Source: an uncultured Gemmatimonadaceae bacterium (GTDB lineage Bacteria > Latescibacterota > UBA2968 > UBA8231). From it: a stretch of DNA of 41,991 bases. This document shows, one piece after another, positions 8,465 through 17,447 of this stretch. Below the pieces are notes generated by a model that searched no databases, had not been told where the DNA came from, and worked only from the letters and a program-made list of their open reading frames with translations. Numbering within the stretch: the first letter of the stretch is position 1; each line of letters opens with the position of its first letter. Location: positions 1 through 41,991 of the forward strand of contig CALFPI010000042.1 of assembly GCA_937919035.1 (NCBI GenBank), in the 5' to 3' direction. Position numbers and translations under genes: made by a program.

Positions 8465-11113
8465 CTACCAATCAGCATACAGGAGGCGCAACATGACCTC
8501 TCTGCCTTTCTGCGGCAGCCGGGATACGTGAATCTCACCCTCGGCACTGCGCACACCGGGGTGGTAGTAGTCAGTATCCAGAGCATTGTCGACATGGAGC
8601 TGGAGGGAGACCCCGGGGATGCCGCCGCGCACGGTCAGATTACCGCCGATGATTGTGTAGGCATCGATCTGGTCGAGGGGATTGTCGGGCACTGTCGTGC
8701 CGCTGCCGGTCCGGCGATCGCCGACATAGCGGAGATAGCAGGCAAGATCGAGACGGGAACTCAGATTGACGAAGCCACCAATATTGACCCGCTGGCTGGC
8801 GATGTCGCCGATGCGCCGACGAACGGGACGACCGCTTTCATCGAGCAGGATGTTCCCCGTCGCGTCCTTGACCTCCACATTCTGTGGATCGGTATACGAG
8901 TAGTTTGCATACAGGGAATGCCTGTCCGCCTTCAGCGACAGTCCGCCCTGCAGACCGCGGATCCGCAGTGCGCCGATCGGCAGATTCTGTGTCGTCGTTG
9001 TGCCATCTTCGAGTACCACGGCGGTGGCGCCGATGATATCGCTGTAATCGGCCCGGTAGCCGACGAGATCGACAAACAGATTGTCGGTGATCTGCCAACC
9101 CGCGCTCAGGTCGGCATTTTTCACTCGCTCCGGTTCCAGGTCGGGGCTCGTCACCTGACGACTGGGCGAGGTTGAGAAGCGGGCTGAGTTTGATGGGGCC
9201 TTGAAGGCCTCCGCGTAAATCACCTTGAAGATGAAATCACGCGGGTGGTAGACGGCAGCGACGCGGGGCGTGAACACGGTGCCGAAACCGAGAGTTTCGC
9301 GGACTCGATTGTTGTCGACTCGTCCGCCGAGTGTCAGGGAGAGATCGGCGCGTGGCGAGTACGTGCCTTGCGCATAGGCTCCGACATTGCGCTGGTCGTA
9401 ATTGTTCAGTTCTGCGAATGGAAACCCTGTCTCGGATGGGTTTGGCGCCACCGACACGTTGTACTGGCCCTGAATGTCACTGCTACGGAGCTCGACCCCA
9501 CCGAGGAGCCGAAGCTCGGCGGTAGGGGCGTAGAACATCTTGGCTTCGGAACGCATCTCCTTCGACTGACGGAAGAAGTAACGCGTCGACCAACCGGCGG
9601 GCGTATCAATGAGCAGATCCGCCAGACCGAGACGTCCCTCCCCGGAGTAACTTTGATGGCTGACGATCTGATTGTCGTTGTCGAGGGCGTGGATCTTGTA
9701 ACGGGTGAAAATTTCGACATCGACAGCTTCCGAGATGGCCATCTCGTACTTTGCGTAGAGAAACGTATGCCGCGGAATCCAGCTGCCGCCGTTGCGCGAA
9801 GAGCCTTCGCGGTCGTCCGGGAACCAGCCGATACTGCCTTCGTCGCGGCGCCAGGTCTGCATGCCCAGTTGCAGATCGCCCAGACGCAGCTTGCTTGACA
9901 CCGACCAGTCGTCGGTGTCGTTGGCAAAGCCGACGCTCCGCCCTTGCACCAACGCTTGCAGAGCCTCGGCGTCGTGGTCGGCGGCGCTCTGCGCGCCCAC
10001 GTCGCTGATTTCGATGGCAGTAGCCTGACCGGAGGCGTTCCGTACGACGAGGGTGTACGGATGATCGGTCCCCTGAGGGTTCTGTTCCAGGAATCGCTCC
10101 GCCCACGGCGCACCATCCGGGGCCAAACCCCGAATCGCTAACTTCTCTTGATAGAATTCGGCATCATGGGGCAGATAGTCCCAGTCCGGAAAGGCCGACA
10201 GGTCCGCCTCGTCAGAGTGGTAGACACGGACGCTGACGGAGATGGACACCTTCTTGTGGCGCGCCGCGCCTGTGACATCAACATAACGGCTCACATACGT
10301 GCCACTGCCTGACTGCACGCGCAGACCCAGGCGCCGGCCGGGTTCGATCAGGTCGTCGCCATTGGCTGTAATGACATTGATGACCCCGGCGTAGGCATTG
10401 GGCCCATACATCGTCGAAGCCGGGCCGTAAATGACCTCGATCCGCTTGATGTTACTTAGCGGGTACTGCCGCGAGATGTTGGCAAAATTGCTCCACAGGT
10501 CGTTTTCTTCCACATCGTCGTAGAGAAACAATGTGCGGTCCGTGCCGTTGGCCCGATATCCTCGTTGGTAAATATTGGAGTAGAGCACGCCGTTGCCGCG
10601 GGAGATATCGAACCCGGGCAGGTCGTGCAGCACCGCTTCCAGGTCCGCATACCCCCGCCGGCGGATCTCCTCATTCGACAACACGAGCACCGTCGCCGGA
10701 GTGAGTCGCACGTCCTCGCTATTCTTTGACACCGAGGTCACCTCGGTCGCCGATCGACGTCGGCGGACCTCGTCAATGATCCGTGCGAACCGAGGGGGAT
10801 CCCGCAAGGTGGCCTCGAAATCAGGTTTCAGCGCGAGCAACCCATCGACGGCGCCCAGCGCCCCCTGAGGGTCATCGCCGGCGATACCGGCCAGGGCCAG
10901 CAGGCGGTATGCCTCCACGCGCTCCCCTCTCCCGGTACCCGCCTCGTGCAGGCAGGGCTCCACTGCGTCCACAACGGCGTCAAAGTGACCCGTTCTGTAG
11001 AGCTTCTCGGCGTCGTCGAGGGCGATACTGCAGCCGCTCTGCGCATCAGCCACCGAGAGGAAAGGGATCTGTGCTGCCCACAGTAGACCAATCACTGCGG
11101 CAGGGCGCCTCAT
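8465..11113 (-). CDS. TonB-dependent outer-membrane receptor with N-terminal TPR-like extension
   Basis: Signal peptide ending ADA/Q; plug motifs TVLVLSNEEIRRRG..LHDLPG and IKRIEVIYGPASTMYGPNAYAGVINVIT; barrel motifs LEPERVKN and VDNALDTDYY; aromatic C-terminal residue (W). ATGA overlap with the upstream gene. Confidence 0.92.
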   Translation of the reverse strand: MRRPAAVIGLLWAAQIPFLSVADAQSGCSIALDDAEKLYRTGHFDAVVDAVEPCLHEAGTGRGERVEAYRLLALAGIAGDDPQGALGAVDGLLALKPDFEATLRDPPRFARIIDEVRRRRSATEVTSVSKNSEDVRLTPATVLVLSNEEIRRRGYADLEAVLHDLPGFDISRGNGVLYSNIYQRGYRANGTDRTLFLYDDVEENDLWSNFANISRQYPLSNIKRIEVIYGPASTMYGPNAYAGVINVITANGDDLIEPGRRLGLRVQSGSGTYVSRYVDVTGAARHKKVSISVSVRVYHSDEADLSAFPDWDYLPHDAEFYQEKLAIRGLAPDGAPWAERFLEQNPQGTDHPYTLVVRNASGQATAIEISDVGAQSAADHDAEALQALVQGRSVGFANDTDDWSVSSKLRLGDLQLGMQTWRRDEGSIGWFPDDREGSSRNGGSWIPRHTFLYAKYEMAISEAVDVEIFTRYKIHALDNDNQIVSHQSYSGEGRLGLADLLIDTPAGWSTRYFFRQSKEMRSEAKMFYAPTAELRLLGGVELRSSDIQGQYNVSVAPNPSETGFPFAELNNYDQRNVGAYAQGTYSPRADLSLTLGGRVDNNRVRETLGFGTVFTPRVAAVYHPRDFIFKVIYAEAFKAPSNSARFSTSPSRQVTSPDLEPERVKNADLSAGWQITDNLFVDLVGYRADYSDIIGATAVVLEDGTTTTQNLPIGALRIRGLQGGLSLKADRHSLYANYSYTDPQNVEVKDATGNILLDESGRPVRRRIGDIASQRVNIGGFVNLSSRLDLACYLRYVGDRRTGSGTTVPDNPLDQIDAYTIIGGNLTVRGGIPGVSLQLHVDNALDTDYYHPGVRSAEGEIHVSRLPQKGREVMLRLLYADW

Positions 11114-14100
11114 CGCGGACCGCCTTGATCGGGACCCGGAAGATCGGGCCGGATTTTTTCGTATGGGATGCCTTCACCGACGAATCGCTCCCACTCTCTC
11201 ATCGTCAGGTTGCGGACCACGCAGGGCAGCAGTGCTTCGGCAAGATCGGTGGTTTGCGTCGTCCACAGGTGGACGTTCCGATCCATCCCGCCGGAGGCGA
11301 TCCGCCGCCCATCGGAATTGATGGCGACGGACCACACCCAGTTGTCATGCCCCAACAGGACGGGCTCCTGCTCCGGCGCCTGCACATTCCACAGGCGCAC
11401 CGTTCCGTCAAGGCTGGCCGTCGTCAACAGCCGGCTGTCGGGAGCGAAGACGAGCGAGCGAACAGCTGATTGATGGCCAATCAGCACCTGGGGGGCAGCA
11501 GACAGGTCCTTCCGATCCCACAGCAGCAGATCACCGTTGGCCGCCCCCGCCACCAGCCAGCGGCCATCGGCGCTGAAGGCGAGGGAGCGAATCGCGGCCT
11601 GATAGGGGGAAGGACTCGGAGAAACCGGCGTGCCGTCGGGCCGCCACAAACGAATCGCACCATCCTGGCTGCCGGTAGCCAACAAGCCGTCATCGGCAGC
11701 GATCGCCACAGCGTCGACGCTGCTGCCCAGTCGCCAATTTGCCAGGGACGTCGCCGTATCCCCCTGCAGGTGCCAGCAGCTGATGCGACCGTCGAGCCAG
11801 GACGCGACGAGCTGATCCCCGGTGGCTGAGAAGTTGATCGATGTCACGGGGACCGGGGACGGATCGCCGGACGCCGTCACCAGTACGGGTGCGGAGTCCG
11901 AGTCGAGTCGAGCCAATTCCACGCGGCCCTGGTCGGTGCCCGTCGCCAACAGTCCGTCGGCACGGATCGCCAGGCTGCGCACAGCACCTTGTCGCCGCCA
12001 TACCGACGTCGCTTTGCCCAGCTGCAGATCCCAGGCTCGAATCGCTCCGTCGTCGCCGCCGGAGAGCAATTGGTCGCTGTCGGGCCGGAAGGCGACGGCA
12101 CGCACGGCGTCATCATGGCCGCGCAGGACTCGTCGGGAATCACTCTCGAAAGGCATGAGGGCAAGGCGTAACGCCTGGTGGATGTCGGGGTCCTGCGTGA
12201 TTGCGCTGTGTCTGTCATGGAGAAGGTACGCTTCCATGGCGAGCAATGCGGCGAGTTGGTCCTGGCCTTCGCGATCATGGATCTTGACCGCCTGGATGGC
12301 GAGGGTACGACTCACCGAAAGCAAGTGCAGTCGATTCGCCTGGCGCCGATGTTCCACCGCGATCTGGCGCTGCGCTTCAGCGCGCTCGCGTTCCTGGTCG
12401 GCGAGTTCCTGTTGCTCTTCGGCAATCTGGCGCTGTGCCTCTGCGCGCTCACGTTCCTGGTTGGCGAACTTCCTCTGCTCTTCGGCGAGCAGCCGCTGGC
12501 TGTCGGCGCGCTGGCGCTCCTCCACGGCCACTTCCTGCTGCTGCTGAGCCAGCAGTCGCTGCTCCTGCGCCCGTTCTCTTTCGGCCTCCGCCGCCTGTTT
12601 CTGCTCAACGGCGAGTTGTCGCTGAGTCTCGGCCTCCTTGCGCTCCTCGTCGGCCAGCTCCCGCTGGCTGAATGCATCCTTCTTGGATTCTTCGGCTTTG
12701 AAATAGAGATTCATTCCGATCACGAGGCCGGTGAGGAAGATGAGGGAAACACCGCCCATCAACAGCGCCAGCCGGCGGGTCCGCCGCAGGCGCCTCTGGC
12801 GCCGTTCCTCTTCCTTGGCGAGGCGAAAATCGCGCTCCTCCACGCTGTGATCGAGGAAGGTCATGGCACGCTCAAAAGCCGGGTCATGCCGACGCCCCCA
12901 GGCCGCCGTCGGACGATACTGCCGACGCCATTCCAGAGCCAGCTCGAGATCAGGATCCTGGTAGAGGCCCGCTCTGCCTTCCTGGTAGAGGGCGGCAGTA
13001 TTGGCGATGCGGGTATACAAGTGCGCGGATTGGGTCTCCTCCTCCATCCAGCTTCGTGCTCGCGGCCACTGACGAAGCAGACTCTCGTGGGGTATGTCGA
13101 GCACGGTGCCGCCCTGCAAGGGCACCTCGGGCGATGGCATGACAAACCACCGTCCCGCCATTCTGAAGTGCTCCACCACCGCCTTGACCGGGTCTGGCTC
13201 CAGCCCGGCTATCGCAGCAATCTCGTCGAGGTCTGTAGGTCGCCGGCCATCACGAAAGATGCCTGCCCCCCCGGCCAGTGATCTGAACAGGAGCCGGGCG
13301 ATCCGGCGGGACTCGTCGTCCGCCAATTCCGCATAGACTTCTTCGGCGTGCTGGGAGAGTGCCTCGGAGACCGTGCCGACAGCCTCGTAGTGATCGATGT
13401 CGAGGGGTTCGCCTCGCTGGTGGTTGGCAGCCCAGTAGTCCCAGGTCCGCATCAGCACGTGTTGCAGGAGGGGCAACCGGTCGGCGTCATCGCAGATGTC
13501 GGCCAACAGTCGTTCCACGAGTTGAGGGCTGATCGCCGACCCCCCCAGGACGGCGGGTTCTTCGATCGCCGCACGCAACTGGTCGCGCGTCATGCGCGGC
13601 ACGAGGTAGTCGACTTCGTTGATCGCTTCGGTCAGGCCGTCGAGGGCTGTGCAGTGGCCGATGAACTCGGCGCGCATGGTGAGGACCACGTAGATCGGGG
13701 CCTCCCGTTGACGCATGGCTGTCAGCAACGCGTCGACGAACCGTGCCGCCTCAGCCGCATCTGCCTCGTCCTTTCCCTGCAGCCGGAAGAGTTCTTCGAA
13801 CTGGTCGACGACGAGCAGCAGATTCGGCGTCCCCGCTCCGGCCTTGACCAGATCGGCGATCCCGGACGTGCCGGCACGCAGGCCTTCCACATCCCCGTTG
13901 CCTACGCCTGCATCTTTCAACGCCGCACCCAGGCTGTCGAACACCCGCTTTCCGGGGGTGAAGATGACGCGTTGCCAAGTGCTGCCGGCGGCGGCGAGGC
14001 GACCTTGGTAGAGGCAGGGGACCAGGCCGGCTCGCACCAGTGACGACTTGCCACTGCCGGAGGGGCCCAGGACCACGAGGAAGCGTTTCGCTTCCAGCAC

Positions 14101-14214
14101 TTCCAGCAGCTGGTCCACCTGCTCCTGGCGACCGAAGAACAGGTGATGCTGCTCGAAGTCGAAGGGACGCAGCCCGGGAAAGGGGTTCACGGGCGCTGTC
14201 TCCATGGGGATCAT
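11110..14214 (-). CDS. nSTAND1-type NTPase - TM - long coiled coil - 7-bladed WD40 protein
   Basis: NPFPGLRPF..FFGR start; Walker A GPSGSGKSS; Walker B LLVVDQFEELF; LPLLQHVL and HESLLRQW motifs. TM LALLMGGVSLIFLTGLVIGMNLYF after a basic RRQRRLRRTRR stretch; ~120 aa A/E/Q/R heptad region; seven WD40 repeats. Confidence 0.9.
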   Translation of the reverse strand: MIPMETAPVNPFPGLRPFDFEQHHLFFGRQEQVDQLLEVLEAKRFLVVLGPSGSGKSSLVRAGLVPCLYQGRLAAAGSTWQRVIFTPGKRVFDSLGAALKDAGVGNGDVEGLRAGTSGIADLVKAGAGTPNLLLVVDQFEELFRLQGKDEADAAEAARFVDALLTAMRQREAPIYVVLTMRAEFIGHCTALDGLTEAINEVDYLVPRMTRDQLRAAIEEPAVLGGSAISPQLVERLLADICDDADRLPLLQHVLMRTWDYWAANHQRGEPLDIDHYEAVGTVSEALSQHAEEVYAELADDESRRIARLLFRSLAGGAGIFRDGRRPTDLDEIAAIAGLEPDPVKAVVEHFRMAGRWFVMPSPEVPLQGGTVLDIPHESLLRQWPRARSWMEEETQSAHLYTRIANTAALYQEGRAGLYQDPDLELALEWRRQYRPTAAWGRRHDPAFERAMTFLDHSVEERDFRLAKEEERRQRRLRRTRRLALLMGGVSLIFLTGLVIGMNLYFKAEESKKDAFSQRELADEERKEAETQRQLAVEQKQAAEAERERAQEQRLLAQQQQEVAVEERQRADSQRLLAEEQRKFANQERERAEAQRQIAEEQQELADQERERAEAQRQIAVEHRRQANRLHLLSVSRTLAIQAVKIHDREGQDQLAALLAMEAYLLHDRHSAITQDPDIHQALRLALMPFESDSRRVLRGHDDAVRAVAFRPDSDQLLSGGDDGAIRAWDLQLGKATSVWRRQGAVRSLAIRADGLLATGTDQGRVELARLDSDSAPVLVTASGDPSPVPVTSINFSATGDQLVASWLDGRISCWHLQGDTATSLANWRLGSSVDAVAIAADDGLLATGSQDGAIRLWRPDGTPVSPSPSPYQAAIRSLAFSADGRWLVAGAANGDLLLWDRKDLSAAPQVLIGHQSAVRSLVFAPDSRLLTTASLDGTVRLWNVQAPEQEPVLLGHDNWVWSVAINSDGRRIASGGMDRNVHLWTTQTTDLAEALLPCVVRNLTMREWERFVGEGIPYEKIRPDLPGPDQGGPR
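12362..12487. repeat. Degenerate 63-bp (21-aa) tandem repeat within the coiled coil of the STAND-WD40 gene
   Basis: Units begin ATCTGGCGCTG at 12362 and 12425. They encode AEEQRKFANQERERAEAQRQI / AEEQQELADQERERAEAQRQI on the minus strand, with more degenerate units toward ~12700. Confidence 0.8.
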
Positions 14215-15836
14215 TCGTCTGACACGAAGCCGCCGAGCTCCATCTTGAGGACCCGGTCGGCATGATGGAAGTAACGGTCATCGTGGGAGACGGCGACGAC
14301 CGTTTTGCCGTTGCTCTTCAATTCGCCCAGCAGGTGCTCGTAGAAGTAGCTCCTGAACTCCGGATCCTGCTCGGCGGCCCACTCGTCGAACAGATAGATC
14401 TGCTTGTCTTCCATGAGGGCCACGGCGAGAGCCATCCTCTTGCGCTGGCCCGTCGACAGCTCCAGAGAAGTAAAGCACTCGTCGACGAAGGTGGTCTTAT
14501 TGCTCAGTTGCATGTGCCCGAGCAACTCGTTGACTGTCTCCGGCTGGACATGGCGCAGGCCATAGAGCTTCCTGAAGAGGTGGAAGTCGGAGAATATGAT
14601 GGAGAACATTTCCCTGTAGGCGTCGATGGCATTGTCGTCCACAGCCAGATCGTCGATCTTTATCGTGCCTTGTTGTGGCCGATACAAGGTGGACAGGACC
14701 TTGAGAAGAGTCGACTTCCCGCTGCCGTTGCCGCCGACGATGAACAGCACCTCGCCGGCATTGATCTCGAAGGAGAGCGGCCCGATTTTGAACTGCTCAC
14801 CCCCACTCTTGTTCTGGTAGGCGAATTCGATACCGGTCACGGTGATCTTGGAGAACGAGTCGATCCGCGAGACCGTATCTGGCGAGTCCACTCGCCGGAA
14901 TTCGTCCAGCCTCTGCTCCAGGTCGGATATGTGCTCAGCGGCAATATTCGCTTTGAAGTAGACTGGAATGGATGACACGACCACGCCCAGCGGCCCGATG
15001 ATGAAGACGATCGCCATCGTGACCTCGGTGATGGTGTCCACGTAGGTGGGAACCAGTTGCGGCAACAGGAAGACGATCGCAGCCAGATGGGAGTAGAAGA
15101 ACACCTGTGACAGGATGTAGTTGCTGTTGTAGAGCCGGGCGGTGTGCACCTTAGATTCTCTGACCTCGCCCGAGATTTCTACAGTGGCGGCATATAGATC
15201 ATCACTCCGCTGCCGGTTCAGTCTGACCTCCTGAAAGCCCTCGATCAGGTGGGTCACGTGTTCGTACAGCTCGATTTCCTTCAGCGAGGCACGTTCGATT
15301 TCGCTCTTGGCAAGCTTGTCAGCGCGCATATAGATCGCGACGCCGCCGATCATCAGCAGGAGCGTGAGGGCGAAGGCGTATTTGGACAGAGAGATGACGT
15401 AGAGCGAGATGAAAATCACCATGGCCAGAGACTGGATGGCTGCGGTGAGATAGCCCTCCATGGCCGACAGGACCGCCGTATCTTGCGTCAGGCGGTTATA
15501 GATCTGGGCTCGACCAATCTGATCCAGTACGGTCAGTTCGGACTTCCTGATTTTGTCCGAGATGCGCCGGCGGGTTGCGTCGAGGAGGGCCTCGAACGTG
15601 CGCGTGGTGCAGTCGAAGGTATAGCGGAGACAGTAGGCGTATGTGGCCATCGCGATGCCAAACATGACCAGGTAGCGAAAATTGAGATTGCCGTATTCGG
15701 CAGATCGCGAGGCGGCGTTGATGACGGCGAGGATGGCGGTGCTGGCGAGGCCCGACATCACTGCAGTGAACACGACGTTGCGCCGAAGCTGGGGCGTCGT
15801 TTCCCGCAGTAAGAGGTTGATCAATTTTGAATCCAT
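14211..15836 (-). CDS. Cyclic-peptide export ABC transporter, fused permease-ATPase (SyrD/PvdE/YojI family)
   Basis: About six TM helices, then Walker A GGNGSGKST, family motif IFSDFHLF, signature LSTGQRKRMAL, and family-typical LFDEWAAEQDPEFR and VSHDDRYF. Confidence 0.93.
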   Translation of the reverse strand: MDSKLINLLLRETTPQLRRNVVFTAVMSGLASTAILAVINAASRSAEYGNLNFRYLVMFGIAMATYAYCLRYTFDCTTRTFEALLDATRRRISDKIRKSELTVLDQIGRAQIYNRLTQDTAVLSAMEGYLTAAIQSLAMVIFISLYVISLSKYAFALTLLLMIGGVAIYMRADKLAKSEIERASLKEIELYEHVTHLIEGFQEVRLNRQRSDDLYAATVEISGEVRESKVHTARLYNSNYILSQVFFYSHLAAIVFLLPQLVPTYVDTITEVTMAIVFIIGPLGVVVSSIPVYFKANIAAEHISDLEQRLDEFRRVDSPDTVSRIDSFSKITVTGIEFAYQNKSGGEQFKIGPLSFEINAGEVLFIVGGNGSGKSTLLKVLSTLYRPQQGTIKIDDLAVDDNAIDAYREMFSIIFSDFHLFRKLYGLRHVQPETVNELLGHMQLSNKTTFVDECFTSLELSTGQRKRMALAVALMEDKQIYLFDEWAAEQDPEFRSYFYEHLLGELKSNGKTVVAVSHDDRYFHHADRVLKMELGGFVSDE

Positions 15837-15924
15837 AGCACCCGGATTGGACGGACATTCCTCCTGAATGGGGTAGAACCAGCTGAGCGGCGCCCTCTCT
15901 ACCCGAGCCTCACAACGCTGGCCT

Positions 15925-17385
15925 TCATTCCTTGGGTGTTCCGGCGCTGGTTGTGTCTGTCATGGCAGCCTGGCTGCCACCGTCCGTCACCATGGGTTTG
16001 GGAAAGTCCCACCCCTGATTGCCCAGAATGACAGGCAACCCGTCTTTGCCAGCGCCAATAATGACCATCTTCGCGTTCGGTGACCTTGCCAGTTCCAGAG
16101 TTGCCTCGATGGCCTTCCACTTGAGCAGACCTTCTTCGATCCCCGCAGCGACCATGTCCTGAAAATCTCTGATCCCTTTGCCTTCGATGAGCTTGCGTTC
16201 AGCCTCTTTTCTTTCGCGGTCGAGCCTGAAGTCGAACTCCTGAGCGACTTGCTCCTGCTCCAACTTCGACTGGATCGCCTCCTTGATCCTGTCGGGAAGC
16301 TCGATAACGCTGATCAGCACATCCTTCAGTTCGACGATCGAGAAGTAGGTGTCGTACGCCTCCTTCAGTTTTTCGAAATACTTATCGCCCTCTCTGAATT
16401 CCTTGTTCAGTTCGACCTTGCCGAAGTAGAGATCGGCATGGACCTTGTTCAGACTGTCAAGGCCCGCCGAATAGAATCCTGTCTGCGCCAAATCCCGCTT
16501 GGCCCCGGCCATCGAAATGTCCCGCTTGAGCGCCTCTATTTCATCGGCCACCCGATCGAGGTCCCGATTCATGTAGAGCATCGCCGCTTCGTAGTTTGAC
16601 TCTCCCTTGATGAACCGCTCGAACAGATGGATGAATCCGACGTTCCTGACGCTATTGGTCAGGGCTGTATCCGCGTCAGCTTCATCGTACAGGTATTTGA
16701 GCATCATCCGCACATTCGGGGTGTCGTCGCTGGGGTTGGCGACCTCTCCGTTGTAAAGCATGTCTGCGGTTGGTTCGGGCCAAAACCGTGTTTGGAAACT
16801 GTCGAACTGACGTAACTCGTGCTGCAGGTCCCGCTCAATCTCGTCCTCGATCAAGTTTCTCGACGTCGAGTACAGCTCCGAAGGCGTGCTCGTGCCAAGG
16901 ATATGGCGCGATGACGATTCGACTTCGGGAGCCAGGAACGTCTGTACGTAATTCGGCCCGTGCTCTTTGTGCAGGGTCCCCAACAGCCTCGACTTGGGCT
17001 GAAAACGCACCGTCACCGTCACTCTGATATTGAGCCCATCGGCTGTCAGTGCGTCCATCTCGACCGGAAAAACCTGCTCCCTCAGGTTGTATGGCGTTAC
17101 CGTGTCCCAGGGAAAGAAAATCCTGAGACCTTCCTGAAAGGCGCGGTCGACGTCTGTGCCACCCAGCATCCGGCGGAACACGACGGCTTCTTGGCCGGCG
17201 GGTATGGTGATGAAGATTCGGGGTGCCAGATAGGCCAGCATGAAAAGCACAAACAGAATCGAAATGACGATCCGGGGTGCTTTCTCGTCCAAGGACCGCT
17301 TGAATCTGGCCAGCATTGCTCCCAAATCTCTCGATGAATGGCGCAGGCCGAGCCCTGGTTCTGGGACATTCCCCAGGGGCAGCAT
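15925..17385 (-). CDS. Prohibitin/SPFH (band 7) family membrane protein with a large internal insertion
   Basis: N-terminal TM, then ITIPAGQEAVVF, EGLRIFFPW, LTADGLNIRV, DVLISVIELP..EAIQSK..EQ and EAERKLIEGKGI..LKWKAIEATLELARSPNAK. Alternative start ATG 17316. Confidence 0.87.
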   Translation of the reverse strand: MLPLGNVPEPGLGLRHSSRDLGAMLARFKRSLDEKAPRIVISILFVLFMLAYLAPRIFITIPAGQEAVVFRRMLGGTDVDRAFQEGLRIFFPWDTVTPYNLREQVFPVEMDALTADGLNIRVTVTVRFQPKSRLLGTLHKEHGPNYVQTFLAPEVESSSRHILGTSTPSELYSTSRNLIEDEIERDLQHELRQFDSFQTRFWPEPTADMLYNGEVANPSDDTPNVRMMLKYLYDEADADTALTNSVRNVGFIHLFERFIKGESNYEAAMLYMNRDLDRVADEIEALKRDISMAGAKRDLAQTGFYSAGLDSLNKVHADLYFGKVELNKEFREGDKYFEKLKEAYDTYFSIVELKDVLISVIELPDRIKEAIQSKLEQEQVAQEFDFRLDRERKEAERKLIEGKGIRDFQDMVAAGIEEGLLKWKAIEATLELARSPNAKMVIIGAGKDGLPVILGNQGWDFPKPMVTDGGSQAAMTDTTSAGTPKE

Positions 17386-17417
17386 CGCCTACAGGTGCTG
17401 TCGCGCGACAGAAGTGT

Positions 17418-17447
17418 ATTGTGCGCTATTGACGTGGGTGCTGTCAA
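17418..17447 (-). promoter_or_regulatory. Putative sigma70 promoter for the leftward operon (TTGACA-N18-CACAAT)
   Basis: Perfect -35 TTGACA at 17447-17442 and -10-like CACAAT at 17423-17418, about 30 bp upstream of the SPFH start. Confidence 0.5.

Noticed and set aside
11110-14214. STAND protein as an Avs-type anti-phage defence system
   Set aside because: It has no nuclease, TIR, SIR2 or protease effector, the sensor appears extracytoplasmic, and the neighbours are transport/signalling genes. Not excluded, but unsupported.
15496-15866. Strong AGGAGG immediately before an ATG at 15858 opening a 120-aa ORF out of frame with the ABC transporter
   Set aside because: Spacing to that ATG is only about 1 nt and the peptide is a low-complexity off-frame read. 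There is no support for a real leader gene or frameshift.
16342-16812. SPFH insertion as an intein or mobile element
   Set aside because: No N-terminal Cys/Ser splice block, no C-terminal His-Asn, no endonuclease motif and no flanking repeats.
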